The notes under the pieces were generated by a model, which worked only from the letters and a program-made list of their open reading frames with translations, was not told where the DNA came from and did no database searches. A stretch of DNA of 64,000 bases from NCBI GenBank assembly GCA_037131245.1, contig JBAXRK010000009.1:12388-76387 (forward strand), written 5' to 3'. Within the stretch, counting starts at the first letter, position 1; each line of letters begins with the position of its first letter. This stretch comes from Candidatus Omnitrophota bacterium (lineage in GTDB: Bacteria > Omnitrophota > Gorgyraeia > Zapsychrales > Fredricksoniimonadaceae). Position numbers and translations under genes: made by a program. Shown here piece by piece: positions 33,385 to 45,456 of the stretch.

Positions 33385-33956
33385 AAAAGATCGGCCTTTT
33401 CGGCGGAACCTTTGATCCGGTCCACCTGGGCCATTTGTTGATGGCGCGCGCCGCGATGGAGCAGATGGGGCTCGATAAGGTTATTTTTATCCCGTCTTGC
33501 GTGCCGCCGCATAAGAAAGCGCCCACTTTATTTACGGCTTCTGACCGCATGAAGATGGTCCGTCTGGCCATCAAGGGCATCGCCGAGTTTGAAGTGTCGG
33601 ATTTTGAGATCAAGAAAGGCGGCAAGTCGTATTCCGTCGATACGGTCAGGCATTTCCGTGAGCTTTACGCCGCGGACGACAGGATGTTTTTTATTGTCGG
33701 CGGCGACGCGATCAAGCAGCTGGATACCTGGAAAGACGTTGATGTTTTAAAAACACTGTGTTCGTTCGTGTCCGTGAACCGCCCGGGTTATCCGCGCGGG
33801 GAAGAAAAGCTTAAGTACCACGCGGTCACTATGAACGGCATTGAAATGTCGTCGACCGAGATCCGTAAGCGTATCCTGGCCGAGAAATCGATCCAGTTCC
33901 TTGTGCCGGATAAGGTTTTGAACTATATTAAAAAACATCATCTCTATAAAGTTTAA
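33381..33956 (+). CDS. nadD: Nicotinate-nucleotide adenylyltransferase
   Basis: It has GLFGGTFDPVHLGHL (HxGH motif) and the ISSTEIR-like segment MSSTEIRKR. Confidence 0.92.
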   Translation: MKKIGLFGGTFDPVHLGHLLMARAAMEQMGLDKVIFIPSCVPPHKKAPTLFTASDRMKMVRLAIKGIAEFEVSDFEIKKGGKSYSVDTVRHFRELYAADDRMFFIVGGDAIKQLDTWKDVDVLKTLCSFVSVNRPGYPRGEEKLKYHAVTMNGIEMSSTEIRKRILAEKSIQFLVPDKVLNYIKKHHLYKV

Positions 33957-33976
33957 CGTCAAGAAAGGCTTTGCTC

Positions 33977-35401
33977 ATGTCACAGGACCCCAAAGAAGTT
34001 ATCAAGTTCGGTACCGACGGCTGGCGCGCGATCATCGCGGATACTTTTACCTTTGAGAATGTGGCGATCCTTGCGCAGGCGCTGGCTGTCTGGGTGAAGC
34101 GCGACGCTCCAAGGATCGGCAATGAGCCGTTGCGTCTGGCGGTGGGGTATGATAATCGCTTCTTGTCGAAAGATTTTGCCGAGACGACCGCGACGGTCCT
34201 GGCGGCGAACGGTATCGAGGTGCTTCTCTCGAGCGAGTCGTTGCCGACGCCGGCGCTCAGCCTGGCGACCCGTGAGCATAAATGCGTGGCGGGCGTGGTC
34301 ATTACGGCGAGCCATAATCCGCCGGAATACAACGGCTTTAAGATCAAGACGGCCCAGGGCGGTGGCGCGGGGAAAAATATTACTGATGTTGTCGAGAAAT
34401 ACATTGGGATCGAAGATGTTCTCTTGGTGGATATCAAGAAGGGCTTTGCTGATGGCAAGGTTCGGGTCATGGATTTTAAGAAAGATTACCTGAAGTTCCT
34501 TCGCGGGTATGTGAACTTGGGCAAGATCAAGTCGGCCAAGTTCAAGGTCATTCAGGATGTTATGTATGGTTCTGGCGGACGGTTGCTGGAGTCAGCCCTT
34601 AAGGGCACTGCGATCCGCCTCGAGCTGATGCATGCGACGGTCAATCCCGGTTTCGGGGGCACACGTCCCGAGCCGCTGGCGCAGTATCTTGGCGAGCTCA
34701 TCGCGGTCACTAAAAAAGGCAAATACGACCTTGGGCTGGTCCTGGATGGCGACGCGGACCGCATTGCTCTTGTTCTCGACGGGAAGTTTGTTTCTCCGCA
34801 GAAGATCCTGGCGCTTCTGGCGCTTCATTTGTGGAAAAACCGCGGTATCAAGGGCGGGATCGTTAAGACCATTTGCGGTACAGCCATGATCGACAATATG
34901 TGTAAAGCCAACGGTATAACGCTTTATGAGACGCCGGTCGGGTTTAAGTATATTTCTGATCTGATGCTGACCAAGGATATTATCGCGGGCGGCGAAGAGG
35001 CTGGTGGTATGGGTTTACCGAATTATATCCCCGAGCGCGACGGTATCCTGGCTGGCCTGCTCCTGATCGAGATGATGGTTTACGAGAAAAAGAGCATGGT
35101 CAAGATCCTTGCCGAGATGGAAAAGAAATACGGCACTTATTTTTACGAAAAGACCAGCATTCACCTTAAGGGGATGGTTAAAACCCTTGAGCCGGTCAAG
35201 CAGCTCCAGACGGTCCTTGGCAAAAAAGTTATCGCGGTCAAGGATTATGACGGCGTTAAGCTTGAGCTGGCGGACGATAGCTGGATCATGGTAAGAGCTT
35301 CTGGCACCGAGCCGATCTTGCGCGCTTATGCCGAGTCGAAGAGCCCCAAGCGCACCAAGCAGCTCCTTGATTTCGCCTTGGATCTCGCGAAAACACTTTA
35401 A
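33977..35401 (+). CDS. Phosphoglucomutase/phosphomannomutase family protein
   Basis: I prefer the ATG at 33977. It has the active-site loop TASHNPPEYNGFK, the metal site LDGDADR and the sugar loop GGEEAGG. Confidence 0.9.
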   Translation: MSQDPKEVIKFGTDGWRAIIADTFTFENVAILAQALAVWVKRDAPRIGNEPLRLAVGYDNRFLSKDFAETTATVLAANGIEVLLSSESLPTPALSLATREHKCVAGVVITASHNPPEYNGFKIKTAQGGGAGKNITDVVEKYIGIEDVLLVDIKKGFADGKVRVMDFKKDYLKFLRGYVNLGKIKSAKFKVIQDVMYGSGGRLLESALKGTAIRLELMHATVNPGFGGTRPEPLAQYLGELIAVTKKGKYDLGLVLDGDADRIALVLDGKFVSPQKILALLALHLWKNRGIKGGIVKTICGTAMIDNMCKANGITLYETPVGFKYISDLMLTKDIIAGGEEAGGMGLPNYIPERDGILAGLLLIEMMVYEKKSMVKILAEMEKKYGTYFYEKTSIHLKGMVKTLEPVKQLQTVLGKKVIAVKDYDGVKLELADDSWIMVRASGTEPILRAYAESKSPKRTKQLLDFALDLAKTL

Positions 35402-35412
35402 GGGTTTTCCGC

Positions 35413-36006
35413 ATGATCGGTTTCTTTAAGTATGTTTATTACTGGCTGACAACTTACCTCGCGGGGGTTGTCAGCTTTTGTTTTTACCCTTGCCAGGCAT
35501 TGGGCCGTGAGAATATCCCGAAGACGGGCGGTTGCATTTACGCGTCCAATCACGAGAGCAATATCGACCCGGTCCTTCTGCCGGTGGTTTCTCCTCGTCG
35601 GATCCGTTTCCTGGCAAAAGATTCCTTGTTCGCGCATCCCGTTTTCGGGGCTTTGATCCGTTTTGGAGGAGGCATTCCGCTTAAACGTGGCTCGGCCGAT
35701 CGCGGGGCCTTGACCGAAGTGCTTCAAAGCCTCAAGGATGGCTGGCCGGTGCTGGTTTTTCCGCAAGGGACCCGTGGCGGTGAAAAGGTTCAGGCGGGGG
35801 TGGGGTTCCTGGCAGTCAAGTCCGGTGTTCCGGTGGTGCCTATCTACATCGAAGGCACCGATAAAGTGTTGCCCAAAGGCGCCAAACTTCCCAAGCGTAC
35901 ATCCGTTAAAGTTATTTTCGGCAAACCGATCGTTTTTTCTTCCGATGTTGATTCGACCGCCGCGGCACAGCAGGTGATGCAGGCGATCCTGGCACTAAAG
36001 CCATGA
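35413..36006 (+). CDS. plsC: 1-acyl-sn-glycerol-3-phosphate acyltransferase
   Basis: It has the HX4D motif NHESNIDP and the FPQGTR block. Confidence 0.88.
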   Translation: MIGFFKYVYYWLTTYLAGVVSFCFYPCQALGRENIPKTGGCIYASNHESNIDPVLLPVVSPRRIRFLAKDSLFAHPVFGALIRFGGGIPLKRGSADRGALTEVLQSLKDGWPVLVFPQGTRGGEKVQAGVGFLAVKSGVPVVPIYIEGTDKVLPKGAKLPKRTSVKVIFGKPIVFSSDVDSTAAAQQVMQAILALKP

Positions 36007-36308
36007 AAAAGTCTTTCACCAAATACGCAGAGCAGGAAGTGCGGTCGATCCATCGCCTCTCCAAGCGCCTCAATTGCTCCCTGGGGAAGGATCACGCCCG
36101 GGTCTTGCTCGACATGATCAAAGAACATGCTGATGAGGTCCGGGAGCTGCATGATCAGGGTGATGCGCATTACCTAGTGGAGGCAGGGGACCTGCTGGTC
36201 TTGTGCCTTGAGTTGATCAAGGAAGCTAAAGCCTCCCCCAATGCGGTGCTGCAAAAATGTTATCCGCGCTTCCATAAGAAACTGCTGAGTTTGATGCTGG
36301 AAAAATAA
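36003..36308 (+). CDS. Small hypothetical protein, possibly MazG-like NTP pyrophosphohydrolase fold
   Basis: The segment EHADEVRELHDQGD...LVEAGDLLVLCLELIKE resembles the MazG EExxE/ExxD helices. This is weak evidence. Confidence 0.4.
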   Translation: MKKSFTKYAEQEVRSIHRLSKRLNCSLGKDHARVLLDMIKEHADEVRELHDQGDAHYLVEAGDLLVLCLELIKEAKASPNAVLQKCYPRFHKKLLSLMLEK

Positions 36309-36342
36309 GCGGAGATCGCAACTGTAAAGCGCGCAAGTTTGC

Positions 36343-36371
36343 TTGAGGCAATTGCCTAGTCGTGCTAAACT
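36343..36371 (+). promoter_or_regulatory. Candidate promoter with embedded 12-nt perfect palindrome (possible operator)
   Basis: TTGAGG (36343-36348), a 17-nt spacer, then TGcTAAACT (hexamer 36366-36371). The palindrome AGGCAATTGCCT (36346-36357) overlaps the -35 and the spacer. Confidence 0.3.
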
Positions 36372-36413
36372 TACCCTATTCAAATTCCCCGTCGTTATAA
36401 CTGAAAGGCCGAT

Positions 36414-37238
36414 ATGCTAGATTTCAAAATTGATGAACAACTTTGTGTTAAATGCGGGCAGTGCGCGAAGTCTTGCCCGGCGGGAATTATTAATATGGAT
36501 AGCGGCCGTCCGGCGATCGCTGCTGATAAGGAGGCAGGGTGCTACCGCTGTCAGCATTGCTTTACGGTCTGCCAGCCCGGCGCTGTTTCGATCTTCGGGC
36601 TCGACCCGCTCGACAGCCGTCCGCTGGGCAAGGCGCTGATCGATCCTGATAAGTTTGAAACGTTCATTAAAGGCCACCGCACCATCCGCTCCTATCGCGA
36701 TGAAGATCTTGATATGGCCCTGATCGGCCGCTTGCTGGACGTTGCCGGGAATGCACCGTCGGGCAAGAATGACCGCAAGGTCCGTTTTACCGTTATCGAT
36801 AAAAAAGAAAAACTGGCGGAGCTTAGGGAGCGGTTGGTGAGCGGTATTCTTGCTCTTGAAAAAGAGAGCCGGTTGCCGAAGGGCATGGAATTTGTCGGCC
36901 ACCTGGCTCATTTATGGGTCGACAGCAAGGTCGATATCATTTTCCGGGGCGCGCCGCATCTGGTGATTGTTTCTGCCCCTAAAAACGCCATATCGCCGAT
37001 CCCTGATTGTTTTATCGCGCTTTCTTATTTTGACCTTTTCGCCCATAGTCTTAACGTTGGCACGGTCTGGAGCGGGTTGGCCAAATGGGCGATCGATGAT
37101 ATTCTGCCCGAGACCAAAACGTTTTTGGGCATTCCGCCTGATCATGTTTTCGGCTACGCCATGGTCTTTGGCCGTCCGGCTGTGAAATACGCGCGCACCG
37201 CCCAGCGTGGCAGCGCCGATGTCCATTTCGTCAGGTAA
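36414..37238 (+). CDS. Nitroreductase-family protein with N-terminal 2x[4Fe-4S] ferredoxin domain
   Basis: It carries CVKCGQCAKSCP and CYRCQHCFTVCQP, then the nitroreductase fold (RTIRSYRDE..., GNAPSGKNDRKVRF). Confidence 0.85.
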   Translation: MLDFKIDEQLCVKCGQCAKSCPAGIINMDSGRPAIAADKEAGCYRCQHCFTVCQPGAVSIFGLDPLDSRPLGKALIDPDKFETFIKGHRTIRSYRDEDLDMALIGRLLDVAGNAPSGKNDRKVRFTVIDKKEKLAELRERLVSGILALEKESRLPKGMEFVGHLAHLWVDSKVDIIFRGAPHLVIVSAPKNAISPIPDCFIALSYFDLFAHSLNVGTVWSGLAKWAIDDILPETKTFLGIPPDHVFGYAMVFGRPAVKYARTAQRGSADVHFVR

Positions 37239-37261
37239 AATTCTGATCCGGTGGAGGTGGC

Positions 37262-40203
<2,942 letters not shown>

Positions 40204-40222
40204 GCTTAAATTGAAGTTGTTG

Positions 40223-40259
40223 AAGGGGACGGTCCCTTGAGACCGTCCCCTTCTTTTTT
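40223..40259 (+). terminator. Rho-independent terminator after metY
   Basis: A 12-bp perfect stem (aaggggacggtc / gaccgtcccctt) is followed by ctttttt. Confidence 0.8.
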
Positions 40260-40260
40260 A

Positions 40261-40289
40261 TTGACACAACAGGTGTTTTGTAGATAATA
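40261..40289 (+). promoter_or_regulatory. Sigma70-type promoter for rpsA
   Basis: Consensus TTGACA (40261-40266), a 16-nt spacer, then GATAAT (40283-40288). Confidence 0.5.
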
Positions 40290-40361
40290 CCCGTCTCTAT
40301 TGGCCTCTAGGGGCAACCCTAAATCCAAAGGCCGATTCCAGAGGAAAGCAGGTATTTAATT

Positions 40362-41909
40362 ATGTCAGAAGTAAAAAAATCTATCATGGAGGAACTGTAC
40401 GGCGCTACGCTGAAGACCTTCATTGAAGGCCAGATCGTACAGGGCACTATCGTCGCTAAAAGCAAGGACGAGATCGTCGTTGACATCGGGTTTAAATCCG
40501 AGGGTTTTGTCAATATGGAGGAGTTCCGCGATCCTTCCGTTTTGGAGATCGGGCAGAACATTGATGTGCTCATCGAGACTATCGAGGACGATGAGGGCAA
40601 GCTGGTCCTGTCGTTCAATAAGGCCGAGCGCCTTAAGGGCTGGCAGAAGATCGCCGATGTTATTAATGAAGGCGACGTGGTCGAAGGCCGCGTGGTCCGT
40701 ATCGTGAAGGGTGGTTATATCGCGGATGTTTCCGGTGTGGAAGCGTTCCTGCCGATGTCCCTCTCCGCGTTCAAGGGTTTGCCGCCGGACGATATTATGT
40801 CGCGTCCGTACCGGTTCCTGGTCGCCAAGATGAACAAGCAGCGCCGCAATCTTATTTTGTCGCGCCGTGAGATCGTCCAGAAAGAGCATGAAGAGAGCCG
40901 CAAGCATCTCTGGAGCAAATTGGAAAAAGGCCAGCGCCGTACCGGCTTGGTCAAGGGCATCACGGATTTCGGGGCGTTCATCGACCTCGGGGGCGTGGAC
41001 GGCCTGTTGCATATTACCGATATGAGCTGGTCGCGCATCAGCCATCCGTCGGAGATTGTTTCGCTCGGGCAGCGCCTGGAGATCATCATCCTTGATTTCG
41101 ACAAGGAGAACTCCAAGGTTTCGCTCGGCCTCAAGCAGATCTCGGCTAATCCCTGGGAAGCTGTTTACGATAAGTATCCGGCCGGTACCGTGGTCAAGGG
41201 TAAGGTTGTCAATATCATGCCTTATGGCGTTTTCGTTGAGATCAGCCGCGGCATCGAAGGTCTTCTGCATTCTTCCGAGATCACCTGGCAGAAGAAGATG
41301 GTCAATCCGCAGGAGCTTTTTACTGTCGGACAGCAGGTCGAGGTGCAGATCATTAACGTGGATAAAGATGCCAAGCGCATTTCTCTTTCCATGAAGCAGT
41401 TGGAAGATAATCCGTGGCTTAAGGCGGAGCAGTATTTCCCGACCCAGGCCAAGGTCAAGGGCACGGTTCGTGGCTTTGCCGATTACGGCGCTTTCGTGGA
41501 GCTCGAGCATGGGCTGGAAGGCATGATCCATGTGTCCGATATGTCCTGGACGCGCAAGATCAACCATCCGCAGGAAGTTTTGCAAAAGGGGCAGGCGATC
41601 GAGGTTGTTGTGTTGGCCGTTGATCCCAAGGCGCGCAAGATCACGCTGGGGCTTAAGCAGCTCGTTGCGAATCCCTGGGTTGAGATCGCTAAGAAGTATC
41701 CGGTTGATACGGTGATCGACGCGACCGTTATCACCAACTCTAACTTCGGCGTTTTTGTTAAGCTTGACGACGAGGTTGAGGCACTGGTGTATTCTTCCGA
41801 GATCGAAAAAGATGAGGCTGCCAAGCTTAAGGCCGGCGATGGCCTTCGGGTGAAGGTCATCAAAGTCGATGTCGATCAGATGAAGATCGGTGTGAGCACT
41901 AAGGTCTAA
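40362..41909 (+). CDS. rpsA: 30S ribosomal protein S1
   Basis: It has six S1 repeats (GxVxxIxxFGAFVxL-type blocks: GLVKGITDFGAFIDLGG, GKVVNIMPYGVFVEI, GTVRGFADYGAFVEL, and others). Confidence 0.95.
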   Translation: MSEVKKSIMEELYGATLKTFIEGQIVQGTIVAKSKDEIVVDIGFKSEGFVNMEEFRDPSVLEIGQNIDVLIETIEDDEGKLVLSFNKAERLKGWQKIADVINEGDVVEGRVVRIVKGGYIADVSGVEAFLPMSLSAFKGLPPDDIMSRPYRFLVAKMNKQRRNLILSRREIVQKEHEESRKHLWSKLEKGQRRTGLVKGITDFGAFIDLGGVDGLLHITDMSWSRISHPSEIVSLGQRLEIIILDFDKENSKVSLGLKQISANPWEAVYDKYPAGTVVKGKVVNIMPYGVFVEISRGIEGLLHSSEITWQKKMVNPQELFTVGQQVEVQIINVDKDAKRISLSMKQLEDNPWLKAEQYFPTQAKVKGTVRGFADYGAFVELEHGLEGMIHVSDMSWTRKINHPQEVLQKGQAIEVVVLAVDPKARKITLGLKQLVANPWVEIAKKYPVDTVIDATVITNSNFGVFVKLDDEVEALVYSSEIEKDEAAKLKAGDGLRVKVIKVDVDQMKIGVSTKV

Positions 41910-41929
41910 TTTTTCTTTGAAAGAAGTTT

Positions 41930-41965
41930 AAGACTCCCGGTCCGATAAAGGCCGGGAGTCTTTCA
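41930..41965 (+). terminator. Probable terminator after rpsA
   Basis: An 11-bp stem (aagactcccgg / ccgggagtctt) is followed by a short tail, tttcatc. Confidence 0.45.
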
Positions 41966-41976
41966 TCTAATAAATT

Positions 41977-43131
41977 ATGCAAGAAGCTCTGAAGACCCTA
42001 ACACGTGGCACGGTCGAGGTGATCGATCTCAAGCATCTGGAAAAGAAGCTTGAGAAAAGCCGTTCCAAGGGGGTTCCGCTGGTGGTGAAGGCGGGGTTTG
42101 ATCCGACGGCGCCCGATATTCACCTGGGCCATGTTGTGTTGCTGCGGAAAATGAAGCAGTTTCAGGATCTGGGGCATAAAGTTGTTTTTTTGATCGGGGA
42201 TTTTACCGCCCAGGTTGGCGATCCTACCGGTCGTAATGAGTTGCGCAAGAAAATGACCCGCGAAGATGTCGAGCGTAACGCGATTACTTATAAAGAGCAG
42301 GTTTTTAAGGTTCTTGATCCGCAGAAGACGGAAGTGGTCTTTAACAGCCATTGGTTCGCGAAGTTCAGCGCCCAGGATCTGATGGAGTTGACCGCCCGTT
42401 CCACGGTCGCGCAAATGCTGGCGCGGGCTGATTTTAAAAAGCGTTTTGAGGATGGCCGGGAGATCAGCCTCCTCGAATTCATTTATCCGCTTCTTCAGGG
42501 ATATGATTCGGTGGTGCTTAAAGCCGATATCGAGCTTGGCGGATCCGACCAGAAGTTTAATCTTCTGATGGGCCGCCAGATCCAGGAAGCCTACGGCGCC
42601 GAGCCGCAGGTGGTGATGATGACGCCGCTCCTTGAGGGGTTGGACGGGGTCAACAAGATGTCAAAATCCCTTGGCAACTACGTGGGTATCAATGAGCCGC
42701 CGCGCGAGATGTTCGGTAAGCTTATGTCAGTATCCGACGAGTTGATGATGAAATACTTCGAGCTTCTGACGGACGCCGATCTTACGGCGATGCGGCAGAT
42801 GCATCCGAAGGAGGCGAAGATGGAATTGGCGGGCAATATTGTCGCGCAGTTCCACGGAACCGATGCCGCGAGGGACGCGCGCGAACATTTCAACAGTGTG
42901 TTCGCTAAAAAGCAGGTCCCGGACGACATAGCAACCTTAACGCTTGAGCCCGGCATGGATTTGATCGGGGTCCTGGTGAAGACTGGGATCGCCCCATCAA
43001 AAAATGAAGCCCGCCGGCTTATCAAGCAGAACGCGGTTACTTTTGAGGGCAGTCCGCTGGCTGATGAATCATGGGCCCTGCAGCGGGGTGTCCTGAAAGT
43101 AGGCAAGCGGCGTTTTCTGAAGTTGGTTTAG
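41977..43131 (+). CDS. tyrS: Tyrosine--tRNA ligase
   Basis: It has the HIGH-type motif PDIHLGH, GGSDQKFNLLMGR, KMSKS, and a C-terminal S4-like domain (PSKNEARRLIKQNAV). Confidence 0.92.
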   Translation: MQEALKTLTRGTVEVIDLKHLEKKLEKSRSKGVPLVVKAGFDPTAPDIHLGHVVLLRKMKQFQDLGHKVVFLIGDFTAQVGDPTGRNELRKKMTREDVERNAITYKEQVFKVLDPQKTEVVFNSHWFAKFSAQDLMELTARSTVAQMLARADFKKRFEDGREISLLEFIYPLLQGYDSVVLKADIELGGSDQKFNLLMGRQIQEAYGAEPQVVMMTPLLEGLDGVNKMSKSLGNYVGINEPPREMFGKLMSVSDELMMKYFELLTDADLTAMRQMHPKEAKMELAGNIVAQFHGTDAARDAREHFNSVFAKKQVPDDIATLTLEPGMDLIGVLVKTGIAPSKNEARRLIKQNAVTFEGSPLADESWALQRGVLKVGKRRFLKLV

Positions 43132-43212
43132 TCTTCTTCAGGAACGAAAATGGTTGTCCCGTCGGGGGTTAAACCCCGTCCTTCACCTCATTTTATTTCT
43201 AAGCGAAAGACC

Positions 43213-43241
43213 TTGACAATCGCGGGAGCGTTATATATACT
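43213..43241 (+). promoter_or_regulatory. Sigma70-type promoter for the tRNA-Thr/rpmG/secE-nusG unit
   Basis: Consensus TTGACA (43213-43218), a 17-nt spacer, then TATACT (43236-43241). The tRNA starts about 17 nt downstream. Confidence 0.55.
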
Positions 43242-43257
43242 CTTGCTTCATTTAAAC

Positions 43258-43330
43258 GCCCTTGTAGCTCAGTTGGTAGAGCACGTCCTTGGTAAGGACG
43301 AGGTCACCAGTTCAATCCTGGTCGAGGGCT
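43258..43330 (+). tRNA. tRNA-Thr (anticodon GGT)
   Basis: A hand-folded cloverleaf has acceptor GCCCTTG/CGAGGGC, D arm GCTC-AGTTGGTA-GAGC, anticodon arm CGTCC-TTGGTAA-GGACG and T arm ACCAG-TTCAATC-CTGGT. It is 73 nt, and CCA is not encoded. Confidence 0.93.
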
Positions 43331-43349
43331 TAAGTACCCAAAGGGAACT

Positions 43350-43502
43350 ATGAGAGAAGTCATCCATTTACAGTGTACCGAATGCCAGCGTATCAATTAC
43401 AACGGCACTAAAGACAAAAAGAAAAAACCTGAGCGTATCGAATTGAGCAAGTACTGCCCGTTCGACCGTAAGCATACGCCTCATAAAGAAATGAAGAAGT
43501 AA
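43350..43502 (+). CDS. rpmG: 50S ribosomal protein L33
   Basis: This ORF is absent from the supplied track because it is under 60 aa. My translation is MREVIHLQCTECQRINYNGTKDKKKKPERIELSKYCPFDRKHTPHKEMKK, which has the L33 pattern with CxxC...C. Confidence 0.9.
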   Translation: MREVIHLQCTECQRINYNGTKDKKKKPERIELSKYCPFDRKHTPHKEMKK

Positions 43503-43514
43503 CGGAAAAATTTT

Positions 43515-43588
43515 AGGCCAGTAGCTCTAATTGGTAGAGCGTCGGTCTCCAAAACCGTAGGTTGCTGGTTCGAATCCAGCCTGGCCTG
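43515..43588 (+). tRNA. tRNA-Trp (anticodon CCA)
   Basis: The cloverleaf has acceptor AGGCCAG/CTGGCCT, anticodon loop CTCCAAA and T arm GCTGG-TTCGAAT-CCAGC. It is 74 nt, with one U-U at the top of the anticodon stem. Confidence 0.9.
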
Positions 43589-43603
43589 TGGTTACGAACG
43601 AAA

Positions 43604-43789
43604 ATGATAGTCAAGGTTAAGACATTCTTAGAGGAAGTGATCGCGGAGTTGAATAAGGTCAACTGGACGCCCAGGAAAGACCTTATTAACTCATCGTTCA
43701 TTGTGATCATAAGCGCCATCTGTCTGGGCTGCTTCATTACGCTTACCGATCTTATCCTTTCACGCGGGCTTAATTCAATCATCAGGTAA
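43604..43789 (+). CDS. secE: Preprotein translocase subunit SecE
   Basis: I prefer the ATG at 43604; the ORF track start at 43562 lies inside tRNA-Trp. It is 61 aa with VIAELNKVNWTPRKDL plus a single TM, directly upstream of nusG. Confidence 0.9.
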   Translation: MIVKVKTFLEEVIAELNKVNWTPRKDLINSSFIVIISAICLGCFITLTDLILSRGLNSIIR

Positions 43790-43797
43790 TTGATCTT

Positions 43798-44322
43798 ATG
43801 GATTGGTACGTTATTCACACGCAAACAGGCGCAGAAGACCGGGTTAGAGCCGGCCTGGAGCGCCGCATGGAGCAAACCGCCCTCAAGAATTATATTGAGG
43901 AGATCGTCGTCCCGACCGAGCAGGTTTCCGAAGTCCGCGGCGGCAAGAAGCGCATTACCACCAGAAAGTTCTTTCCCGGCTACCTTATCGTCAAGATGGA
44001 CATGAATAAGGAAAGCTGGTACCTCATCAAGACTACCCCCGGCGTCACCAGTTTTATCGGACCCGGTCGTAAACCGCAGAAGCTTTCCGATGCTGAGGTT
44101 AATAATATCCTCAAGCGTTCCGTTGATACTGAATCCAAACCGTCGCCTAAGGTCGTTTTCGAGCCTAATGAGCCGGTGCGTATCACCCAGGGGCCTTTTG
44201 GTAATTTCAACGGGATCGTCGTTGAAACTTTCCCGGACCGCGGGAAGTTGAAGGTCAGCGTTTCCATCTTCGGCCGCTCGACGCTGGTGGAGCTGGAGTA
44301 TTGGCAAGTAGAAAAAATATAA
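43798..44322 (+). CDS. nusG: Transcription termination/antitermination factor NusG
   Basis: It has the NGN domain (WYVIHTQTGAEDRV) and a KOW motif (VRITQGPFGNFNGIV). Confidence 0.95.
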   Translation: MDWYVIHTQTGAEDRVRAGLERRMEQTALKNYIEEIVVPTEQVSEVRGGKKRITTRKFFPGYLIVKMDMNKESWYLIKTTPGVTSFIGPGRKPQKLSDAEVNNILKRSVDTESKPSPKVVFEPNEPVRITQGPFGNFNGIVVETFPDRGKLKVSVSIFGRSTLVELEYWQVEKI

Positions 44323-44342
44323 TTCTTTGAACGGATGAAATT

Positions 44343-44768
44343 ATGGCAAAAGAAATAGTCGCGAAAGTAAATTTATATGTTGTCGCCGGACAGGCGAACC
44401 CGGCGCCGCCGGTGGGCCCCGCGCTTGGTCAGCACGGCGTGAACATCATGATGTTCTGCAAGTCGTTCAATGAGCAGACCAAGGGGCGTGAAGCGATGCC
44501 GCTTCCGGTCATCATCAATGTTTACAAGGATAAGTCGTTCGACTTTATCATCAAGACCCCTCCGAGTTCCGCTCTTCTTAAGAAGGCGGCCAAGTTAGCC
44601 AAGGCTTCAGGCACGGCCGGCAAAGAGATCATCGGATCGGTCACCAAAGCACAGGTCGAGGAGATCGCCAAGTTAAAGATGGACGATCTTAATACCGGCG
44701 ACCTAGAACAGGCGTCCCGTACCGTTAAGGGCACTGCCAGAAGCATGGGAATAGCTATAAAGGATTAA
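44343..44768 (+). CDS. rplK: 50S ribosomal protein L11
   Basis: It carries [29 protein letters not shown]. Confidence 0.97.
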   Translation: MAKEIVAKVNLYVVAGQANPAPPVGPALGQHGVNIMMFCKSFNEQTKGREAMPLPVIINVYKDKSFDFIIKTPPSSALLKKAAKLAKASGTAGKEIIGSVTKAQVEEIAKLKMDDLNTGDLEQASRTVKGTARSMGIAIKD

Positions 44769-44769
44769 C

Positions 44770-45456
44770 ATGGCCACAAAGACTAGTAAGCGTGTCAAAG
44801 AAGCGCATAAGAAAGTAGAGATCGGTAAGGCTTATCCTCTCAAGGATGCCGTTGATCTTCTTTCCCAGATGCCCAAGGCCAAGTTCAACGAGACTGTTGA
44901 GCTTCATTTTGACCTGGGGATCGATACTAAGGATTCCGACCAGAACGTGCGCGGAACTATCGTTCTTCCGCACGGTACCGGCAAGTCGGTGAGGGTCGCG
45001 GTTATTTGCCAAGGCGATAATGTTGCCAAGGCCAAGAACGCCGGGGCGGACCATGTCGGCGGGATGGACCTGATCGAGAAGATCGATAAGGAAGGGTTCC
45101 TTGATTTCGACTGTATCGTTGCCACACCGGATATGATGAAGGATCTCAGTAAATTAGGTAAAGTTCTCGGGCCCCGCGGTTTGATGCCTTCGCCGAAGGC
45201 AGGGACGGTCACGCCCGACGTTGAACGCGCGTTACGCGAAGTGAAGGCCGGGCGTGTCGAGTTCAAGAATGACAAGCAGGGCGGCGTTCATCTTGGCGTT
45301 GGCAAACGTTCATTTACGGCAGATCAGATCGTGGTCAATGCCCAGTTGGTCATCGATACCATCGCCCATGCCAAGCCGGCATCCGTCAAGGGCATTTTTA
45401 TTAAGAGCGTTTACCTCTCCTCAACAATGGGAGCGGGGGTGAAGGTGGCCATATGA
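44770..45456 (+). CDS. rplA: 50S ribosomal protein L1
   Basis: It carries FNETVELHFDLGID and LPHGTGK. Its position after rplK fits L1. Confidence 0.97.
   Translation: MATKTSKRVKEAHKKVEIGKAYPLKDAVDLLSQMPKAKFNETVELHFDLGIDTKDSDQNVRGTIVLPHGTGKSVRVAVICQGDNVAKAKNAGADHVGGMDLIEKIDKEGFLDFDCIVATPDMMKDLSKLGKVLGPRGLMPSPKAGTVTPDVERALREVKAGRVEFKNDKQGGVHLGVGKRSFTADQIVVNAQLVIDTIAHAKPASVKGIFIKSVYLSSTMGAGVKVAI

Noticed and set aside
40365-41585. 406-aa ORF on the minus strand
   Set aside because: It is antisense to rpsA (six S1 repeats on +), so it is a shadow ORF.
41910-41976. T-box leader upstream of tyrS
   Set aside because: The spacer is only 67 nt and is largely occupied by the rpsA terminator, which is far too short for a T-box.
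43150-43353. 67-aa plus-strand ORF
   Set aside because: It runs straight through the tRNA-Thr gene and its promoter, so it is not coding.
43258-43588. tRNA genes as integration hotspots or a mobile-element boundary
   Set aside because: There is no integrase, direct repeat of the tRNA 3' end, or compositional break nearby. Both flanks are core housekeeping genes.
43513-44307. 264-aa minus-strand ORF
   Set aside because: It overlaps tRNA-Trp, secE and nusG and is antisense to conserved genes.
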